64,000 bases of DNA from a virus. The notes below the pieces were generated by a model. That model was not told the origin of the DNA and did not search any database. It worked only from the letters and a program-made list of their open reading frames with translations. The position numbers and the translations under genes are program-made. Position 1 is the first letter of the stretch. Every line of letters begins with the position of its first letter. This document shows positions 1 to 8,464 of the stretch, one piece after another. The stretch is from the IMG/VR virus record IMGVR_UViG_3300045988_144812, positions 96,001 to 160,000 of that record; one strand, 5' to 3'.

Positions 1-1
1 G

Positions 2-115
2 AAAAAGGCAATCTTCTTTTCTACCGGACGTAAGCCAGCACCTCGTGCGAGACTATATAAAAAGGTAGGTAACCATTATCTCTATACTCTAAAACCTAAA
101 ACTCGTCGTACTTAA
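2..115 (+). CDS. 3' end of an upstream gene (partial hypothetical protein)
   Basis: Frame is open from the window edge to TAA at 113-115 (...LKPKTRRT*). Too short for the ORF track. No motif recognised. Confidence 0.3.
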   Translation, partial: KKAIFFSTGRKPAPRARLYKKVGNHYLYTLKPKTRRT

Positions 116-166
116 TATTAATTAACCTTTGTATAACATTTTGATAATGTATTTAGTAGACAGAAA

Positions 167-775
167 TTGAAACTACAGGTAAGTTCTGAATTTGATGAAA
201 AGAATAGTCTGTATCAGTACGTAATTTCAATTAACAAGATCAAGCCAAAATATATATTTTGGTACGATGAAGAATCTTATTTAAAAACTTATATCTTAAA
301 TGACTTCTATCAAGAAGGGAAAAGAAGAAAGAATTTAACATTACCTTATAACGAAGCTGAGAAGCTTGGTGAAGAATATGCTAAATCTTTCGCCTATGCA
401 GTTACTATTGTTAATTACATCGTCAGAGACAATTCTGAAAATAACTATCGTTATTACGAAATGTGTAGCAATTACATTGATTTAATGAATTTGTTATGCT
501 TTGTTAATAACATTGGTAAGATCAGAACAAACGGTATATTGCTTTGTGATTACTTAGGCGTCCCTTGTGATCGTCATTCTTTATTAACTGACATAGAAGT
601 CTATTTTACTGACGATAGCATCAGTAGTCCAATTATGGATATTTCTGTAGGTAGTTTATTTACCGTAAGAGGACAACTAGCAATCAATCAAAACGAACCT
701 TCGTCTCGTAATCTTTCTAGATTACTTATCAATAACACCTATACTCATTTGAGTATCACTAAAGAACTTAACTAA
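167..775 (+). CDS. hypothetical protein
   Basis: 202-aa ORF. Only a TTG start is available (frame opens at 137) and there is no clear RBS, so the start is uncertain. Confidence 0.5.
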   Translation: MKLQVSSEFDEKNSLYQYVISINKIKPKYIFWYDEESYLKTYILNDFYQEGKRRKNLTLPYNEAEKLGEEYAKSFAYAVTIVNYIVRDNSENNYRYYEMCSNYIDLMNLLCFVNNIGKIRTNGILLCDYLGVPCDRHSLLTDIEVYFTDDSISSPIMDISVGSLFTVRGQLAINQNEPSSRNLSRLLINNTYTHLSITKELN

Positions 776-776
776 A

Positions 777-793
777 CTAACTTTGTAAAGGAA
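777..793 (+). promoter_or_regulatory. class-II box CTAACT..TAAAGGAA abutting a start codon
   Basis: ctaactttgtaaaggaa, 8 nt before ATG 802. Confidence 0.5.
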
Positions 794-801
794 ATATTAA
801 A

Positions 802-1515
802 ATGGAAATCTCTTTGAAAAATAACCAAAACTATTACATCCAACGTGTAGAACGTCATTATGACGAATTTAACGAAGGTCGTAAAGGTCTGGACTACTAT
901 GTGACATTTGACTACATGGGATCGTCTGAATTTGAATGGGGTGCATTACCAAAATCATGGAAGTTCATGAAAGAAAATGCTGACCAATACAAACTGACCA
1001 CAATCCCTATGGTATTAGGTGGTAACGAATACAATGTATTCTGCGTCATTCCTAAGGACACTGAAGATCAATACATGATCGATTTGTTTGAAGGATTTTA
1101 CAACTATACAAAACGTACTAAAGAACGTACCGATGTAAGTTATATCGACGAAATGGTATCTCGTGAGAGTTATCAATTAGGTTGGTTCAACATTATTAAT
1201 GACTATACCAGAGATGAAATTCCTTGGTTTGCTACTATTTCACCATCCGTGGCTTATTACTGGTACAAAGAAATGCACAGTAATGCCGAAGTCGAACAGA
1301 AGCATAAAGAAATGTTTGATGATGTTCGAATTGGTGACATGGTTATCTACCCTACTTACAATGAACGAATTTACAATATTGGTAAAGTAGTTGGTATTAA
1401 TGAAGAAAGTGTTGTGGTTAAAAACTACAAACACAAACGTCGTTATAAACATAACCAAGTAATCTTCTTAGAAGAAGGTAAAGTACTTCCAGAATTCGAC
1501 TGGGATATTCGCTGA
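802..1515 (+). CDS. hypothetical protein
   Basis: 237-aa ORF with RBS gtaaaggaaatattaaaATG, followed by a 15-bp-stem hairpin. Confidence 0.7.
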   Translation: MEISLKNNQNYYIQRVERHYDEFNEGRKGLDYYVTFDYMGSSEFEWGALPKSWKFMKENADQYKLTTIPMVLGGNEYNVFCVIPKDTEDQYMIDLFEGFYNYTKRTKERTDVSYIDEMVSRESYQLGWFNIINDYTRDEIPWFATISPSVAYYWYKEMHSNAEVEQKHKEMFDDVRIGDMVIYPTYNERIYNIGKVVGINEESVVVKNYKHKRRYKHNQVIFLEEGKVLPEFDWDIR

Positions 1516-1520
1516 TAGAA

Positions 1521-1556
1521 TATAGAGACTCTAGGTTAAATCCTAGAGTCTCTATA
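1521..1556 (+). terminator. hairpin terminator (CTCTAG variant)
   Basis: tatagagactctagg-ttaaat-cctagagtctctata, a 15-bp stem. Weak T tract. Confidence 0.55.
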
Positions 1557-1595
1557 GATTTCGTATGAACTATTAATTAAATATTATTTTTTTTT

Positions 1596-1612
1596 TACTT
1601 TATAAAAGGAAG
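1596..1612 (+). promoter_or_regulatory. class-II box (variant)
   Basis: ttactttataaaaggaa before ATG 1617. Confidence 0.4.
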
Positions 1613-1616
1613 TAAA

Positions 1617-3962
1617 ATGATTATTGGTGAAAACAATATTATTCAGACAGGGTACGAGCCTCATTTACATCGAAGAAGAGATTCTAGAGCTTATTTGAAT
1701 CCCAGATTTGAATCTATTACAGATAACTTCACTAGGAGTATGTATTCTGTAGCTGATGATTATATTTCTAGTGCTACGCCAGAATTCCAAACAATGGAAT
1801 CCGCTCTTTTAGAAGCTAGAAAATTATCCAAAGAACTTATCCCTTTTTATTTTAGATTTTTTCTAAATTCATTTTTATTCAGAGTAAATGATTTTACTCT
1901 AAACGGATCTAAAGATTTCAAATACGCTTCTACTCGAAACACTACTTCAGTTAAAGAACAAATCTACGAACCTATTGTATATAAGAAAATAGATATTAAA
2001 GGTATTTCTATGCTTTATAGCCCATACAGAAAGTTAGAGTTCTCAGGAGTTAGTTATGGTGGGGAGAATCCTAAGAATTATGGTATTAAACAAGGATTGA
2101 TTGAGAACAGTGCCAATACAGAACCAAAATATTTAAATGAGCTTAAAGACTTTGCGATTAGGATTAACAGCATGTTATTTCCTACTAATGAAAGATTTAA
2201 AGCAGATAAAGAAATTTACAAAACCAGTTTTAAAGGAAATGGTAAATTACCTACTATGGCGTATTCTCCTGAGTATTTCGACTTAATGAAGGAGATTAAT
2301 CTATCTAACTCGGTTGGTAAGACATACTACACTCCCAAAGAAGGTGAAGATCTTTTATTAGATAATACTGATGAAGCAGTAGTTACAAAAGATCCAATCA
2401 TTTACTTTAGTGAGTTCGATCCTTTAAAAATGACCTACGACGAGTTTAAATCTAAAGTAAAGAAAAGAGCTGACGAATATAGTAGATGGATGTATGAATA
2501 TTGGGAATCGACAGCAATAAAAAACGGAATTAATTACGAGAAAGTGATTGCTCATTTTGGAGAATATAGATACGTTCTTTCTGATTATGTGCCTAAAAAT
2601 ATCTATTTAAAGAAGAATACAACATGGAATGAATTACATGTTTCATTCTGTAAACTAGCTCTTTATATTACCATGTCAGATCTTTATAAGGTCGGTTTTG
2701 GTACCGAGACAGAAGATAAGAAAATTCTAGTCTCTCCGGATTTATTTAGAAAGAGATTAATTAAACTTAAAAAATTATTAAGAAAATATATCGATAAGGT
2801 AAAATCATTTCAAGCTTATACAGTGTCTTCTTCAGAGAGGATCGACAATCCATGGTTTCATTTTTTCCAATATAGTAATCCGAATCAAGGTAATGGTATA
2901 GGTACAGGGACTAAAATTACCAATCTTGATATTGGTGAATTTATTTTTAATTCACTAAATCGCAAGATGATGAGTTTAGTTTCATTGAATCCTTTTAAAG
3001 GTTGGATAGGATTTGAAAAACCTAACATGCCTTTATTTTATTGTGGTGATGAACTCAATGATAGTCAAGTTAAGTTATACAAAGTGAGTGATAGTCCGAT
3101 ATTTAACTTAATTACTCCCGAAATATTTGTTTATTCTGGCGATAGTGTTAAATTAACTTCCGATTTATCTAATACAGGTACTGTGATTTTAGGTGATGAA
3201 GAAGTAATAGACCTTTTATTTAATAAGAAAGGATATAACACCGCAAGGTCAACTAGTGGACTTACATCTTCTTCTTACGAAGATGAAAAATTAGAGGAAG
3301 AATTTTCAGGTAAGAAAGGAGCACTTACTTGGTTTATGGAGGAATTTAATAAACTATATTCAGTAGAACAACACCGATATAAGACATTACTTAATGCGAT
3401 ATTTGAAATTGTAAGTAAATCCGCTTTAAATAATTTACGATATGGTGTTTTATCAGGAGAAGCTTTAAAGAAATATAAAAGTTTCTCAGGTATAGATCAA
3501 GATGATGAGATTAAAATTTTATTTCTTTTAGCTAAGACTAAAGATAAAAATAAAAGAACCCACAACATCCCTCTTGATAACTTCTATAAACTTGTAACAG
3601 AACCTAAGTATCAAGTTCATGGATATAAAAATAAAATCTCTAATAAGAATGCATTAATGCTAAATGCATCTGAATGGAGTGGTAAGTTATCCGAAGCTAG
3701 TTACTTGAATGAGTTACGGACGAAAATCTTAGCATTGCCAGACCAAGTATTGAAATGGGAACATATCAAACTAATTGTGGAATATGTCTTCTATTCAATA
3801 TTACACAACATCGGTGCTCCCGATAGCCCTTCTTTGATGCCGGATACTATTAATCAAAATGACTCTATTGATAGTGCTGTAGATAAATACATGCGTGGTA
3901 ATCTATTGGAAAATATTAGTACATGGAGAGATAATATTGAACATGTCTATAAAGAGTTATAA
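1617..3962 (+). CDS. hypothetical large protein (781 aa)
   Basis: Long ORF with RBS aaaaggaagtaaaATG. No catalytic motif recognised. Confidence 0.75.
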   Translation: MIIGENNIIQTGYEPHLHRRRDSRAYLNPRFESITDNFTRSMYSVADDYISSATPEFQTMESALLEARKLSKELIPFYFRFFLNSFLFRVNDFTLNGSKDFKYASTRNTTSVKEQIYEPIVYKKIDIKGISMLYSPYRKLEFSGVSYGGENPKNYGIKQGLIENSANTEPKYLNELKDFAIRINSMLFPTNERFKADKEIYKTSFKGNGKLPTMAYSPEYFDLMKEINLSNSVGKTYYTPKEGEDLLLDNTDEAVVTKDPIIYFSEFDPLKMTYDEFKSKVKKRADEYSRWMYEYWESTAIKNGINYEKVIAHFGEYRYVLSDYVPKNIYLKKNTTWNELHVSFCKLALYITMSDLYKVGFGTETEDKKILVSPDLFRKRLIKLKKLLRKYIDKVKSFQAYTVSSSERIDNPWFHFFQYSNPNQGNGIGTGTKITNLDIGEFIFNSLNRKMMSLVSLNPFKGWIGFEKPNMPLFYCGDELNDSQVKLYKVSDSPIFNLITPEIFVYSGDSVKLTSDLSNTGTVILGDEEVIDLLFNKKGYNTARSTSGLTSSSYEDEKLEEEFSGKKGALTWFMEEFNKLYSVEQHRYKTLLNAIFEIVSKSALNNLRYGVLSGEALKKYKSFSGIDQDDEIKILFLLAKTKDKNKRTHNIPLDNFYKLVTEPKYQVHGYKNKISNKNALMLNASEWSGKLSEASYLNELRTKILALPDQVLKWEHIKLIVEYVFYSILHNIGAPDSPSLMPDTINQNDSIDSAVDKYMRGNLLENISTWRDNIEHVYKEL

Positions 3963-3981
3963 AATAAAAGGAACCTATATC

Positions 3982-4059
3982 ATGATAGTGGTAATGAGTA
4001 TTCTGTTATTCTTAACGTATGTTGCATTTGCGATAAGTTTAATAGAAGATTTTATATAA
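3982..4059 (+). CDS. possible 25-aa hydrophobic (single-TM-like) micropeptide
   Basis: aaaaggaacctatatcATG, product MIVVMSILLFLTYVAFAISLIEDFI*. Sits between the 781-aa gene and the terminator hairpin at 4079-4108. Not in the ORF track (<60 aa). Confidence 0.3.
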   Translation: MIVVMSILLFLTYVAFAISLIEDFI

Positions 4060-4078
4060 ATTTATTTTTTAAGAATAG

Positions 4079-4108
4079 TACAGGACTATGGATATCCATA
4101 GTCCTGTA
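4079..4108 (+). terminator. hairpin terminator
   Basis: tacaggactatgg-atat-ccatagtcctgta followed by tttatt. Confidence 0.6.
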
Positions 4109-4122
4109 TTTATTAATTTGTT

Positions 4123-4138
4123 TTAACTATATAAGGAA
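4123..4138 (+). promoter_or_regulatory. class-II box (variant)
   Basis: ttaactatataaggaa before ATG 4147. Confidence 0.4.
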
Positions 4139-4146
4139 TGTAAAAA

Positions 4147-5208
4147 ATGCAATACTTTATTGGTAATCTTAAAATAGCGGATTATGAAAATACAGAATAT
4201 TTAGTAAGAGAAGAGTCTAAAAGAGTATTACTCCCTGAATTGGTTTTTCTCTCTAAGAAAGTAACCGAATTTAGAAATAAGTTTCTTAATGAAAAACATG
4301 CTCGTTTATCAGTAGCTTATTTTGCTGGTACTTATCAAGTTAGCTACTTTGATTTAAAGACAGATACTTTATCAGGAATCAAAAAACTGATAAATAAAAT
4401 ATACCCTGTTTTTAAAGAGTCTGAATTAAAAGAATACCGAGCAATGGCATCTTTAGGGACTACTGAATTAGGAAAGTCAGCAATTACATCAATACCAGAA
4501 TCGATGAGAGAAGAATTTATAACTAACTTATGTTTTCTCAACATCATCGATCAAGAAGAATTTACTGATTACGATACTGAAGAGTTAGAAAATATTCGTA
4601 AGTTTAGGTTAAATTATCTTTTATATAGTCTAGTGAGTCGTGGACGATTTAACGAGGATCTCGATTATTATACTTTAGGAGATGTTTTAGGAATTGAATA
4701 TCCGTACGATTCTGATAAGTTTTCTGGTAGAAATAATTTAGTGGTTTTTATCAGTGATATTAAAGATAATATTGTTAAAATGTCACTTAGTTTTACTCCT
4801 AAATATTGGCGTAAGTCTGGTTTTAACTCCGGATTAAATCAAGTTCGATTTGAACGAGTTAGTTTTAAAATACTTTTATCTAATAATGGTAAAGATGCAT
4901 TATTACTCAATCAGCTTAATAGTGATTTTGAAACACTTACTAGCGATTACTTGCCATTAAATCTAGATATTAGAAATTTTAAAAGTAAAGGAAACTATAT
5001 CGAATGTATAAAAAAGGACAATCTGTATTTCATTAAAGTAAACGAGCATTCAGCTACTAAACTATACACATTAGAATGTGGAAAATTTAAAGCTGAAGAA
5101 ATACATGTAAATAACTTTACGCAAACTAAAATAACTTTATTAGATGTTGACTCATCTAGTGAATTTATTCTTAATTGCAAGATCTCTGAATTACCATTCA
5201 TGAAATAA
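4147..5208 (+). CDS. hypothetical protein
   Basis: 353-aa ORF with RBS taaggaatgtaaaaaATG. Confidence 0.7.
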   Translation: MQYFIGNLKIADYENTEYLVREESKRVLLPELVFLSKKVTEFRNKFLNEKHARLSVAYFAGTYQVSYFDLKTDTLSGIKKLINKIYPVFKESELKEYRAMASLGTTELGKSAITSIPESMREEFITNLCFLNIIDQEEFTDYDTEELENIRKFRLNYLLYSLVSRGRFNEDLDYYTLGDVLGIEYPYDSDKFSGRNNLVVFISDIKDNIVKMSLSFTPKYWRKSGFNSGLNQVRFERVSFKILLSNNGKDALLLNQLNSDFETLTSDYLPLNLDIRNFKSKGNYIECIKKDNLYFIKVNEHSATKLYTLECGKFKAEEIHVNNFTQTKITLLDVDSSSEFILNCKISELPFMK

Positions 5209-5225
5209 ATTAAAGGAAATTAACT

Positions 5226-6296
5226 ATGTATATTACTACGAATAGAGATCAAATCACTGAAACATTAAGAGAAATGTTTCAGAAAATTCAAGAACAGTAT
5301 CGTCGTGTTTCTAATAGTAAAGAATACGAAGTAATAATTTCTGTTAATAATTCATTTAGCGATGGTAATAGTATTAGGACTCTTGCTGGAGAGGTATCTT
5401 TTTCTATTAGAAAAATACCAGAATCTAAACAAACTAAAGAAAATATCTTTTCTAAAGTTTGTAGTAAGTTAGTAAGAAAATTCAAAGACGATAAAGAATG
5501 CGGGTTTAGACGTACAGTTATTCGTAAAGATATTGTTAGTAAAAATCTAAATACTTTAAATAACCTAGGTATCGATGGGTTTTACGAAGTTTATTTATTT
5601 GCTTTTACCATGTGTGACGAAAGCAAAAGTTATAGATTCGAATCTGATACGGACATTGTAGAATTACGTGCTTTTCTTGATTGGGATATCGTAATTATTG
5701 ATTGGTTAGAATACTATCGTAAATTCGTTCGTATTGCTCAACTGTATCAAATTTTGGATAGACCAAGTGTTGTCAAAGATCCTTTTTCAATTAAGAACGA
5801 ATCTGGGTATACTTTACTTACATTGATCGGATTGAGTTTTAGCGACGTTACCTATAACGACAAATACATCGATATTCGTCGTACTGAAGATAATAATGTT
5901 CAGTTTGTTGTTGAAGGTGATAACAAAGAAGTTGTATTCGATTTAGTGTTTGATGAAACACCTAACGAAAAGATGATTAAGAACATGCTTTTGATCTTAG
6001 CTGACCATACCAAGATCAATGGTATTAAAGTTAGTGAGATTACTAATGTTCGAAATGAAATCTTTAGTAATGGGGAACGATATCTTTCAGTAACTATAGA
6101 CAAACAAAATAAATTAGTGCAGATTTTATTGAAAAACAACGAAGGAACAATCATGCGTACTCTAAGTTTTTCTAATTTTAAAGCCAGTAGTACTGTAAAT
6201 GATTTATTACTTGATGCGTTTCCTAAAACCACTATTTACGTAGACGTTGATGACGTGATTGAAGTAGCAGCAAACATCAGCGAATTTTATTTTTAA
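5226..6296 (+). CDS. hypothetical protein
   Basis: 356-aa ORF with RBS aaaggaaattaactATG. Confidence 0.7.
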   Translation: MYITTNRDQITETLREMFQKIQEQYRRVSNSKEYEVIISVNNSFSDGNSIRTLAGEVSFSIRKIPESKQTKENIFSKVCSKLVRKFKDDKECGFRRTVIRKDIVSKNLNTLNNLGIDGFYEVYLFAFTMCDESKSYRFESDTDIVELRAFLDWDIVIIDWLEYYRKFVRIAQLYQILDRPSVVKDPFSIKNESGYTLLTLIGLSFSDVTYNDKYIDIRRTEDNNVQFVVEGDNKEVVFDLVFDETPNEKMIKNMLLILADHTKINGIKVSEITNVRNEIFSNGERYLSVTIDKQNKLVQILLKNNEGTIMRTLSFSNFKASSTVNDLLLDAFPKTTIYVDVDDVIEVAANISEFYF

Positions 6297-6313
6297 CATA
6301 AGGAGTATTTAAC

Positions 6314-6403
6314 ATGGGTGTAGTTGTAGAAGAAGTAATGCCAATGTTCGGTGATGAAGCTGAACAAGGTCAACAACAAGACAGTGATGAAGAAAAGGAG
6401 TAA
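6314..6403 (+). CDS. possible 29-aa acidic micropeptide upstream of nrdB
   Basis: Strong SD in taaggagtatttaacATG, product [29 protein letters not shown]. Its stop lies 4 nt before the nrdB ATG. Confidence 0.3.
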   Translation: MGVVVEEVMPMFGDEAEQGQQQDSDEEKE

Positions 6404-6407
6404 AAAA

Positions 6408-7175
6408 ATGGAATTAGGTGAAAAAACAAAACCAATGAAGTTCTCTGTATTTAATCAGACCCCTAATGACGCTACTAAAGAACAAATGTTCTTAGGCCAG
6501 TCTATTAACTTACAGCGATACGATAAGTCTAAATACCAGACTTATAATGATTTGTCAGAAAAACAAAAATCATTCTTCTGGCGACCTGAAGAAGTAGACT
6601 TGTCTAAAGACCGTATCGATTTTGAAGGTTTACCAGAAAATGAGAAACACATTTTTCTACGTAATCTGGATTATCAATCACTTTTGGATTCGATTCAAGG
6701 AAGAAGTCCGGCTATTGCATTTCTTCCTCTAATTTCTATTCCTGAATTAGAGAACTGGACAATTGCTTGGGATTTCTTTGAATCAATTCACTCTTACTCT
6801 TATACGTATATCATGCGTAATGTATTAATTGATCCTAGTGAAGAGTTTGATAATATTGTAGTAAATGAAGAAATTAAGAAACGAGCAAGAGCGATTTCTC
6901 AATACTACGATGACTTGATTATGTATAGCCAATATTATAATCTTTTTGGAGAAGGAGTTTTTGAAGTTAATAAACAAGCAAAAGATTATAAAATGTATTT
7001 TCATCATCGTATTGAGATTAGCAAACGAGAACTGATGAAAAAGCTTTATCTTTGTATGTTCGTAGTGAATGTACTTGAAGCCATTCGTTTTTATGTATCG
7101 TTTGCATGTAGTTTTAGTTTTGCTGAACGTAAACTCATGGAAGGTAATGCCAAGATCATTAAACTTATTGCCCGT
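6408..7175 (+). CDS. nrdB: ribonucleotide reductase class Ia beta subunit, exon 1
   Basis: From ATG 6408 (aaaaggagtaaaaaaATG) the product is colinear with E. coli NrdB ([47 protein letters not shown]). Similarity stops after ...LIAR at 7175. The track's 6351 GTG start and its tail KLRCGFYQ* are artefacts. Confidence 0.9.
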
Positions 7176-7481
7176 AAACTTCGTTGCGGCTTCTACCAGT
7201 GATGGTAGTCGAATAACTCTGTTAAACGGGGAAACTCTAATATAGACAATCCCGTAGTAAAGACGTTTAAATTATATTAGTATAATTTAAACTGACAAAC
7301 TCTAACGACTATCGAAATCCTAATTATTAGAGAGAGTAGAGTAGTGGACAATCGTTTAGTTCGCCAAACGCAGAGGGTCTGTATTAATTACAGATCATGA
7401 TATAGTCTGACCCCAGTAGTGATATTGGGCGGGTGTCTTAAGCACACCGGCTACGATTAACGACCGTAGTGGACAGCTTCG
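7176..7481 (+). ncRNA. group I self-splicing intron (T4 td-like IA2 type, ORF-less) in nrdB
   Basis: 306-nt insert. The exon ends in U (cgt|) and the insert ends in G (...cttcg|gat). A P1 can form (CCGU|AA with UUGCGG). Core strings ttaaacggggaaactctaatatagacaatcccgt, ctaacgactatcg, gatatagtctg and gattaacgac match my recollection of the T4 td intron core. No ORF inside. Confidence 0.85.
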
Positions 7482-7904
7482 GATGAAGCACTTCATTTAA
7501 CTACCACTCAACACATTATTAACACACTAGCTTCTGGTGCTGAAGGTGAAGAATGGAAACAGATTGCTGAAGAAACTAAAGAAGAATGTATTAATATCTT
7601 TAAAGAAGCAGCTCAACAAGAAAAAGATTGGGCTAAGTATTTATTTAAAGATGGCAGTATGATTGGCTTGAATGAAACTATTCTTTGTCAATATGTCGAA
7701 TACATTACCAATCATCGCATGAAGGCGGTAGGATTAGATCCTATATTCCCAGATGCTAACCATAATCCAATTCCTTGGATTAATGCTTGGTTAACTTCTG
7801 ATAATGTACAAGTCGCACCTCAAGAAGTGGAGATTTCATCTTATCTCGTTAGCCAAGTAGACAGCAATGTTAGTAAAGATGATCTTGGTGGTATTGAACT
7901 TTAA
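7482..7904 (+). CDS. nrdB: ribonucleotide reductase class Ia beta subunit, exon 2
   Basis: Resumes exactly with the iron-ligand motif [11 protein letters not shown], then ...[20 protein letters not shown]...[10 protein letters not shown]...[13 protein letters not shown]. Same frame as the track ORF 7659..7904. Confidence 0.9.
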   Translation, partial: DEALHLTTTQHIINTLASGAEGEEWKQIAEETKEECINIFKEAAQQEKDWAKYLFKDGSMIGLNETILCQYVEYITNHRMKAVGLDPIFPDANHNPIPWINAWLTSDNVQVAPQEVEISSYLVSQVDSNVSKDDLGGIEL

Positions 7905-7910
7905 CTGATT

Positions 7911-7946
7911 AATAGAGTAGAGAGGGGTTTCCTTCTCTACTCTATT
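7911..7946 (+). terminator. hairpin terminator (CTCTAC family) after nrdB
   Basis: aatagagtagaga..tctctactctatt followed by tattttatt. Confidence 0.7.
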
Positions 7947-7972
7947 TATTTTATTATAAATAGGAGAACAAT

Positions 7973-8464
7973 ATGTTACCGACTATTTCAGATTGTCCTA
8001 AATATAGCCATGCTTATTTATTCAGACTGAATCCTATTAATCAATTTCTGATTAAAAAGTATCCTAGAGAAGAAGACAATAGCTTCTTAGCAAGATACTG
8101 GACGGCTTATCTTTTTGCGTCCTATATTCTTATAGATAATAATTACTCGGATAAAATAGCACCTATGGTTGTTACACCTGAAGAATTCTATAAAATTCCA
8201 AATCCAAGCATCAGTAGCTGTTTTAACGAATGGTTAGAGATGTATAAGAAAGATCGAATATTCAAATCGACTTTTGTCATGGATAGTATTCCTGGGGTTT
8301 CAGAACCTATCTTTATTGAAGTTGATCCTATTCCTGAAGATGCTGTTATTGCATTTACTGGAATGTTAGACAAAATTAAAACAGATGGGATGATCAGTCA
8401 GAAAGACATTGAAAAGGAAATTGAAGATGGACTCGATATACTTCAGAATGGTGGAACTTGTTGA
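7973..8464 (+). CDS. hypothetical protein
   Basis: 163-aa ORF with RBS taggagaacaatATG. Its 3' end overlaps the ligase start. Confidence 0.7.
   Translation: MLPTISDCPKYSHAYLFRLNPINQFLIKKYPREEDNSFLARYWTAYLFASYILIDNNYSDKIAPMVVTPEEFYKIPNPSISSCFNEWLEMYKKDRIFKSTFVMDSIPGVSEPIFIEVDPIPEDAVIAFTGMLDKIKTDGMISQKDIEKEIEDGLDILQNGGTC

Noticed and set aside
7176-7202. C-terminal tail KLRCGFYQ* of the track ORF 6351..7202, and its upstream GTG start at 6351.
   Set aside because: The tail is read-through into the group I intron, since NrdB homology ends at LIAR. The 6351 start ignores the good RBS+ATG at 6408 and overlaps the acidic micro-ORF.
8409-8426. TTG start at 8409 for ligA, as in the ORF track.
   Set aside because: ATG 8427 has the genome-typical AAAGGA spacing, and LigA domain Ia similarity begins near MVELVDL. 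The extension is unnecessary, although it is not excluded.
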